Source: Eledone cirrhosa (Eukaryota). From it: a stretch of DNA of 64,000 nt. A model generated the notes under the pieces. That model ran no database searches, was not told the DNA's origin, and was given only the letters and a program-made list of their open reading frames with translations. The position numbers and the translations under genes were made by a program. Positions 57,258 through 64,000 of this stretch are shown here, piece by piece. Location of the stretch: positions 24,924,001 to 24,988,000 of the forward strand of contig OZ024740.1 in NCBI GenBank assembly GCA_964016885.1, in the 5' to 3' direction. The first letter of the stretch is position 1. Every line of letters begins with the position of its first letter.

Positions 57258-60200
57258 TGTGACATGGTCAGATATTGAAGTTACAGGAAGTTCTAGTGAC
57301 ATTGTGACATGTTCAGATATTGGAGTTACAGGAAGTTCTATTGACATTGTGACATGGTCAGCTATTGGAGTTACAGGAAGTTCTAGTGACAATGTGACAT
57401 GTTCAGATATTGGAGTTACAGGAAGTTCTAGTGACATTGTGACATGGTCAGCTATTGGAGTTACAGGAAGTTCTATTGACATTGTGACATGTTCAGATAT
57501 TGGAGTTACAGGAAGTTCTACTGAAATTTTGACATGGTCAGCTATTGGAGTTACAGGAAATTCTGGTGATATTGTGACATGGTCATATATTGGAGTTACA
57601 GGAAGTTGTATTGACATTGTGACATGGTCAGATATTGGAGTTACAGGAAGTTGTAGTGACATTGTTACATGGTCAGATATTGGAGTTTACAGGAAGTTGT
57701 AGTGATATTGTGACATGGTCAGCTATTGGAGTTACAGGAAGTTCTAGTGACATTGTGACATGGTCAGATATTGGAGTAACAGGAAGTTCTAGTGACAATG
57801 TGACATGTTCAGATATTGGAGTTACAGGAAGATCTATTGACATTGTGACATTGTCAGATATTGGAGCTACAGGAAGTTCTAGTGACAATGTGACATGGTC
57901 AGCTATTGGAGTTACAAGAAGTTCTAGTGACATTGTGACATGGTCAGATATTGGAGTTACATGAAGTTGTAGTGACAATGTGACATGGTCAGCTATTGAA
58001 GTTACAGGAAGTTGTAGAGACATTGTGTGACATTGTCAGCTATTGTAGTTACAGTAAGTTCTATTGACATTGTGACATGTTCAGATATTGGAGCTACAGG
58101 AAGTTCTAGTGACATTGTGACATGGTCAGATATTGGAGTTACAGGAAGTTCTAGTGACATTGTGACATGGTCATATATTGGAGTTACAGTAAGTTGTTGT
58201 GACATTGTGACACGTTCAGATATTGGAGTTACAGGAAGTTCTAGTGACATTGTGACATGGTCAGATATTGGAGTTACAGGAAGTTCTAGTGACAATGTGA
58301 CATGGTCAGATATTGGAGTTACAGGAAGTTCTAGTGACAATGTGACATGGTCAGATATTGGAGATACAGGAAGTTCTAGTGACATTGTGACATGGTCAGC
58401 TATTGGAGTTACAGGAAGTTCTATTGACATTGTGACATGGTCAGCTATTGGAGTTACAGGAATTTATGGTGACATTGTGACATGGTCAGCTATTGGAGTT
58501 ATGGGAAGTTTTAGTGACAATGTGACATGGTCAGCTATTGGAGTTACAGGAAGTTCTAGTGACAATGTGACATGGTCAGCTATTGGAGTTACAGGAAGTT
58601 CTAGTGACATTGTGAAATGGTCAGATATTGGAGTCACAGGAAGTTGTAGTGACATTGTGACATTTTGACATTGTCAGATATTGGAGTTACAGGAAGTTGT
58701 AGTGACATTGTGACATGTTAAGCTATTGGAGTTACAGGAAGTTCTAGTGACATTGTGACATGTTCAGATATTGGAGTTACAGGAAGTTCTAGTGACAATG
58801 TGACATGGTCAGCTATTGGAGTTACAGGAAGTTCTGGTGACAATGTGACATGGTCAGATATTGGAGTTACAGGAAGTTCTAGTGACATTGTGACATGGTC
58901 AGCTATTAGAGTTACAGGAAGTTGTAGTGACATTGTGACATGGTCAGCTATTGGAGTTACAGGAAGTTCTAGTGACATGGTGACATGTTCAGATATTGGA
59001 GTTACAGGAAGTTCTATTGACATTGTGACATGGTCAGATATTGAAGTTACAGGAAGTTCTAGTGACATTGTGACATGTTCAGATATTGGAGTTACAGGAA
59101 GTTCTATTGACATTGTGACATGGTCAGCTATTGGAGTTACAGGAAGTTCTAGTGACAATGTGACATGTTCAGATATTGGAGTTACAGGAAGTTCTAGTGA
59201 CATTGTGACATGGTCAGCTATTGGAGTTACAGGAAGTTCTATTGACATTGTGACATGTTCAGATATTGGAGTTACAGGAAGTTCTACTGAAATTTTGACA
59301 TGGTCAGCTATTGGAGTTACAGGAAATTCTGGTGATATTGTGACATGGTCATATATTGGAGTTACAGGAAGTTGTATTGACATTGTGACATGGTCAGATA
59401 TTGGAGTTACAGGAAGTTGTAGTGACATTGTTACATGGTCAGATATTGGAGTTTACAGGAAGTTGTAGTGATATTGTGACATGGTCAGCTATTGGAGTTA
59501 CAGGAAGTTCTAGTGACATTGTGACATGGTCAGATATTGGAGTAACAGGAAGTTCTAGTGACAATGTGACATGTTCAGATATTGGAGTTACAGGAAGATC
59601 TATTGACATTGTGACATTGTCAGATATTGGAGCTACAGGAAGTTCTAGTGACAATGTGACATGGTCAGCTATTGGAGTTACAAGAAGTTCTAGTGACATT
59701 GTGACATGGTCAGATATTGGAGTTACATGAAGTTGTAGTGACAATGTGACATGGTCAGCTATTGAAGTTACAGGAAGTTGTAGAGACATTGTGTGACATG
59801 GTCAGCTATTGTAGTTACAGTAAGTTCTATTGACATTGTGACATGTTCAGATATTGGAGCTACAGGAAGTTCTAGTGACATTGTGACATGGTCAGATATT
59901 GGAGTTACAGGAAGTTCTAGTGACATTGTGACATGGTCATATATTGGAGTTACAGTAAGTTGTTGTGACATTGTGACACGTTCAGATATTGGAGTTACAG
60001 GAAGTTCTAGTGACATTGTGACATGGTCAGATATTGGAGTTACATGAAGTTCTAGTGACAATGTGACATGGTCAGATATTGGAGTTACAGGAAGTTCTAG
60101 TGACAATGTGACATGGTCAGATATTGGAGATACAGGAAGTTCTAGTGACATTGTGACATGGTCAGCTATTGGAGTTACAGGAAGTTCTATTGACATTGTG

Positions 60201-60728
60201 ACATGGTCAGCTATTGGAGTTACAGGAATTTATGGTGACATTGTGACATGGTCAGCTATTGGAGTTATGGGAAGTTTTAGTGACAATGTGACATGGTCAG
60301 CTATTGGAGTTACAGGAAGTTCTAGTGACAATGTGACATGGTCAGCTATTGGAGTTACAGGAAGTTCTAGTGACATTGTGAAATGGTCAGATATTGGAGT
60401 CACAGGAAGTTGTAGTGACATTGTGACATTTTGACATTGTCAGATATTGGAGTTACAGGAAGTTGTAGTGACATTGTGACATGTTAAGCTATTGGACTTA
60501 CAGGAAGTTCTAGTGACATTGTGACATGTTCAGATATTGGAGTTACAGGAAGTTCTAGTGACAATGTGACATGGTCAGCTATTGGAGTTACAGGAAGTTC
60601 TTGTGACAATGTGACATGGTCAGATATTGGAGTTACAGGAAGTTCTAGTGACATTGTGACATGGTCAGCTATTAGAGTTACAGGAAGTTGTAGTGACATT
60701 GTGACATGGTCAGCTATTGGAGTTACAG
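57258..60728. repeat. Tandem duplication with 1,766-bp period (39 monomers)
   Basis: ORF offsets 57635->59401, 58002->59768 and 58718->60484. 1766 = 39x45 + 1 + 2 + 8, matching the GAGTTTAC +1 insertion, one 47-mer and one 53-mer. Shared ACTGAAATTTT variant. Confidence 0.93.
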
Positions 60729-62442
60729 TAAATTGTAGTGACATGGTGACATGGTCAGCTATTGGAGTTACAGGAAGTTCTACTGACAATGTGACATTGT
60801 CAGCTATTGGAGCTACAGGAAGTTCTAGTGACAATGTGACATGGTCAGCTATTGGAGTTACAGGAAGTTCTAGTGACATTGTGACATGGTCAGATATTGG
60901 AGTTACATGAAGTTGTAGTGACATCGTGACATGGTCAGACATTGGAGTTACAGGAAGTTTTAGTGACGATGTGACATGGTCAGCTATTGGAGTTACAGGA
61001 AGTTCTAGTGACAATGTGACATGGTCAGCTATTGGAGTTACAGGAAGTTGTAGAGACATTGTGTGACATGGTCAGCTATTGGAGTTACAGGAAGTTGTAG
61101 TGACATTGGCACATGGTCAGCTATTGTAGTTACAGTAAGTTCTATTGACATTGTGACATGTTCAGATATTGGAGCTACAGGAGGTTCTAGTGACATTGTG
61201 ACATGGTCAGATATTGGAGTTACAGGAAGTTCTAGTGACATTGTCACATGGTCAGATATTGGAGTTACAGGAAGTTGTTGTGACATTGTGACACGTTCAG
61301 ATATTGGAGTTACAGGAAGTTCTAGTGACATTGTGACATGTTCAGATATTGGAGTTACAGGAAGTTGTAGTGACATTGTGACATGGTCAGCTATTGGTGT
61401 TACAGGAAGTTCTAGTGACAATGTGACATGGTCAGATATTGGAGTTACAGGAAGTTCTAGTGACATTGTGACATGTTCAGATATTGGAGCTACAGGAAGT
61501 TCTAGTGACATTGTGACATGGTCAGATATTGGAGTTACAGGAAGTTCTAGTGACATTGTGACATGGTCAGCTATAGGAGTTACAGGAAGTTCTGGTGACA
61601 TTGTGACATGTTCAGCTATTGGAGTTACAGGAAGTTCTAGTGACATTGTGACATGTCATATATTGGAGTTACAGGAAGTTCTAGTGATAATGTGACATGG
61701 TCAGCTATTGGAGTTACAGGAAGCTCTGGTGACAATGTGACATGGTCAGATATTGGAGTTACAGGAAGTTCTAGTGACATTGTGACATGGTCAGCTATTG
61801 GAGTTACAGGAAGTTTTAGTGACAATGTGACATGGTCAGCTATTGGAGTTACAGGAAGTTCTGGTGACAATGCGACATGGTCAGATATTGGAGTTACAGA
61901 AAGTTCTAGTGACATTGTGACATGGTCATCTATTAGAGTTACAGGAAGTTGTAGTGACATTGTGACATGGTCAGCTATTGGAGTTACAGTAAATTGTAGT
62001 GACATGGTGACATGGTCAGCTATTGGAGTTACAGGAAGTTCTAGTGACAATGTGACATGTTCAGATATTGGAGTTACAGGAAGATCTATTGACATTGTGA
62101 CATTGTCAGATATTGGAGCTACAGGAAGTTCTAGTGACAATGTGACATGGTCAGCTATTGGAGTTACAGGAAGTTCTAGTGACATTGTGACATGGTCAGA
62201 TATTGGAGTTACATAAAGTTGTAGTGACAATGTGACATGGTCAGCTATTGAAGTTACAGGAAGTTGTAGAGACATTGTGTGACATGGTCAGCTATTGTAG
62301 TTACAGTAAGTTCTATTGACATTGTGACATGTTCAGATATTGGAGCTACAGGAAGTTCTAGTGACATTGTGACATGGTCAGATATTGGAGTTACAGGAAG
62401 TTCTAGTGACATTGTGACATGGTCAGATATTGGAGTTACAGT

Positions 62443-63905
62443 AAGTTGTTGTGACATTGTGACACGTTCAGATATTGAAGTTACAGGAAGTTCTAGTGAC
62501 ATTGTGACATGGTCAGATATTGGAGTTACAGGAAGTTCTAGTGACAATGTGACATGGTCAGATATTGGACTTACAGGAAGTTCTAGTGACAATGTGACAT
62601 GGTCAGATATTGGAGTTACAGGAAGTTCTAGTGACATTGTGACATGGTCAGCTATTGGAGTTACAGGAAGTTCTATTGATATTGTGACATGGTCAGCTAT
62701 TGGAGTTACAGGAATTTATGGTGACATTGTGACATGGTCAGCTATTGGAGTTATGGGAAGTTTTAGTGACAATGTGACATGGTCAGCTATTGGAGTTACA
62801 GGAAGTTCTAGTGACAATGTGACATGGTCAGCTATTGGAATTACAGGAATTTCTAGTGACATTGTGAAATGGTCAGATATTGGAGTCACAGGAAGTTGTA
62901 GTGACATTGTGACATTGTGACATTGTCAGATATTGGAGTTACAGGAAGTTGTAGTGACATTGTGACATGTTAAGCTATTGGAGTTACAGGAAGTTCTAGT
63001 GACATTGTGACATGTTCAGATATTGGAGTTACAGGAAGTTCTAGTGACAATGTGACATGGTCAGCTATTGGAGTTACAGGAAGTTCTGGTGACAATGTGA
63101 CATGGTCAGATATTGGAGTTACAGGAAGTTCTAGTGACATTGTGACATGGTCAGCTATTAGAGTTACAGGAAGTTGTTGTGACATTGTGACACGTTCAGA
63201 TATTGAAGTTACAGGAAGTTCTAGTGACATTGTGACATGGTCAGATATTGGAGTTACAGGAAGTTCTAGTGACAATGTGACATGGTCAGATATTGGACTT
63301 ACAGGAAGTTCTAGTGACAATGTGACATGGTCAGATATTGGAGTTACAGGAAGTTCTAGTGACATTGTGACATGGTCAGCTATTGGAGTTACAGGAAGTT
63401 CTATTGATATTGTGACATGGTCAGCTATTGGAGTTACAGGAATTTATGGTGACATTGTGACATGGTCAGCTATTGGAGTTATGGGAAGTTTTAGTGACAA
63501 TGTGACATGGTCAGCTATTGGAGTTACAGGAAGTTCTAGTGACAATGTGACATGGTCAGCTATTGGAGTTACAGGAATTTCTAGTGACATTGTGAAATGG
63601 TCAGATATTGGAGTCACAGGAAGTTGTAGTGACATTGTGACATTGTGACATTGTCAGATATTGGAGTTACAGGAAGTTGTAGTGACATTGTGACATGTTA
63701 AGCTATTGGAGTTACAGGAAGTTCTAGTGACATTGTGACATGTTCAGATATTGGAGTTACAGGAAGTTCTAGTGACAATGTGACATGGTCAGCTATTGGA
63801 GTTACAGGAAGTTCTGGTGACAATGTGACATGGTCAGATATTGGAGTTACAGGAAGTTCTAGTGACATTGTGACATGGTCAGCTATTAGAGTTACAGGAA
63901 GTTGT
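62443..63905. repeat. Tandem duplication with 728-bp period (16 monomers including one 53-bp monomer)
   Basis: ORF offsets 62716->63444 and 62970->63698. 728 = 16x45 + 8. Shared ATTGAAG, GGACTTAC and CTATTGAT variants. Confidence 0.93.
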
Positions 63906-64000
63906 AGTGACATTGTGACATGGTCAGCTATTGGAGTTACAGTAAATTGTAGTGACATGGTGACATGGTCAGCTATTGGAGTTACAGGAAGTTCTAGTGA

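Larger units (their letters stand above)
1..64000. repeat. 45-bp satellite DNA tandem array (~1,420 monomers, head-to-tail, one orientation), extending beyond both window edges
   Basis: Monomer AGTGACATTGTGACATGGTCAGCTATTGGAGTTACAGGAAGTTCT recurs with a 45-bp period from base 1 to 64000, most copies differing by a few substitutions. No non-repeat sequence or inverted block seen. Confidence 0.99.

Noticed and set aside
10-63958. Dozens of ORFs on both strands encoding 15-aa repeats (VTWSAIGVTGSSSDI on +, MSLELPVTPIADHVT on -), up to 427 aa; possible giant repeat, beta-solenoid or mucin-like protein
   Set aside because: A 45-bp unit has about a 49% chance per frame of lacking stops ((61/64)^15), so two open frames of six is unremarkable. 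Stops (TGA, TAA) and +2/+8/-1 frameshifts are amplified within the HORs, the common variants are non-synonymous in both frames, and there are no unique N- or C-terminal domains.
437-63958. Minus-frame common variants are conservative (M/L, A/S, E/Q, L/I, D/E), hinting at selection on a peptide
   Set aside because: The three main sites share a codon position with 1-in-9 probability by chance, synonymous variation is not enriched, and the frame is broken about every kilobase.
1-64000. CRISPR array or other repeat-spacer system
   Set aside because: There are no unique spacers: the whole 45-bp unit is repeated. No leader or cas genes are present.
1-64000. Telomeric repeat, rDNA spacer, tRNA/SINE-derived unit, CENP-B box, or transposon insertion
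   Set aside because: No TTAGGG-type repeats, A/B boxes, rRNA sequence, TTCG..A..CGGG CENP-B motif, terminal repeats, poly(A) tails or target-site duplications were seen.

Overview
The whole 64-kb window is one uninterrupted, single-orientation satellite array of about 1,420 copies of a 45-bp monomer (consensus AGTGACA[T/A]TGTGACATGGTCAG[C/A]TATTGGAGTTACAGGAAGTT[C/G]T; about 42% GC, G13:C6 on the + strand, no CpG in the consensus). I find no credible genes, RNA genes, CRISPR spacers or transposon insertions, and the ORF track is a by-product of a monomer length divisible by three. The structure lies in the higher-order organisation. A 47-bp marker monomer (52 copies) opens higher-order repeat (HOR) units of at least three types, with 26 monomers (1,172 bp) as the most frequent longer unit length. 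Nested near-identical duplications of about 8.75-8.79, 4.6, 4.0, 3.5, 2.5, 2.3, 1.77 and 0.73 kb overlie these units. Variant content is layered from left to right, and there is a gene-conversion-like patch and a register-restoring deletion. The array looks like eukaryotic heterochromatic satellite DNA (inference), but I cannot name the family or organism. I see no sequence support for a new protein- or RNA-encoding system. Coordinates and counts were obtained by eye and from ORF-track offsets, so breakpoints are approximate.
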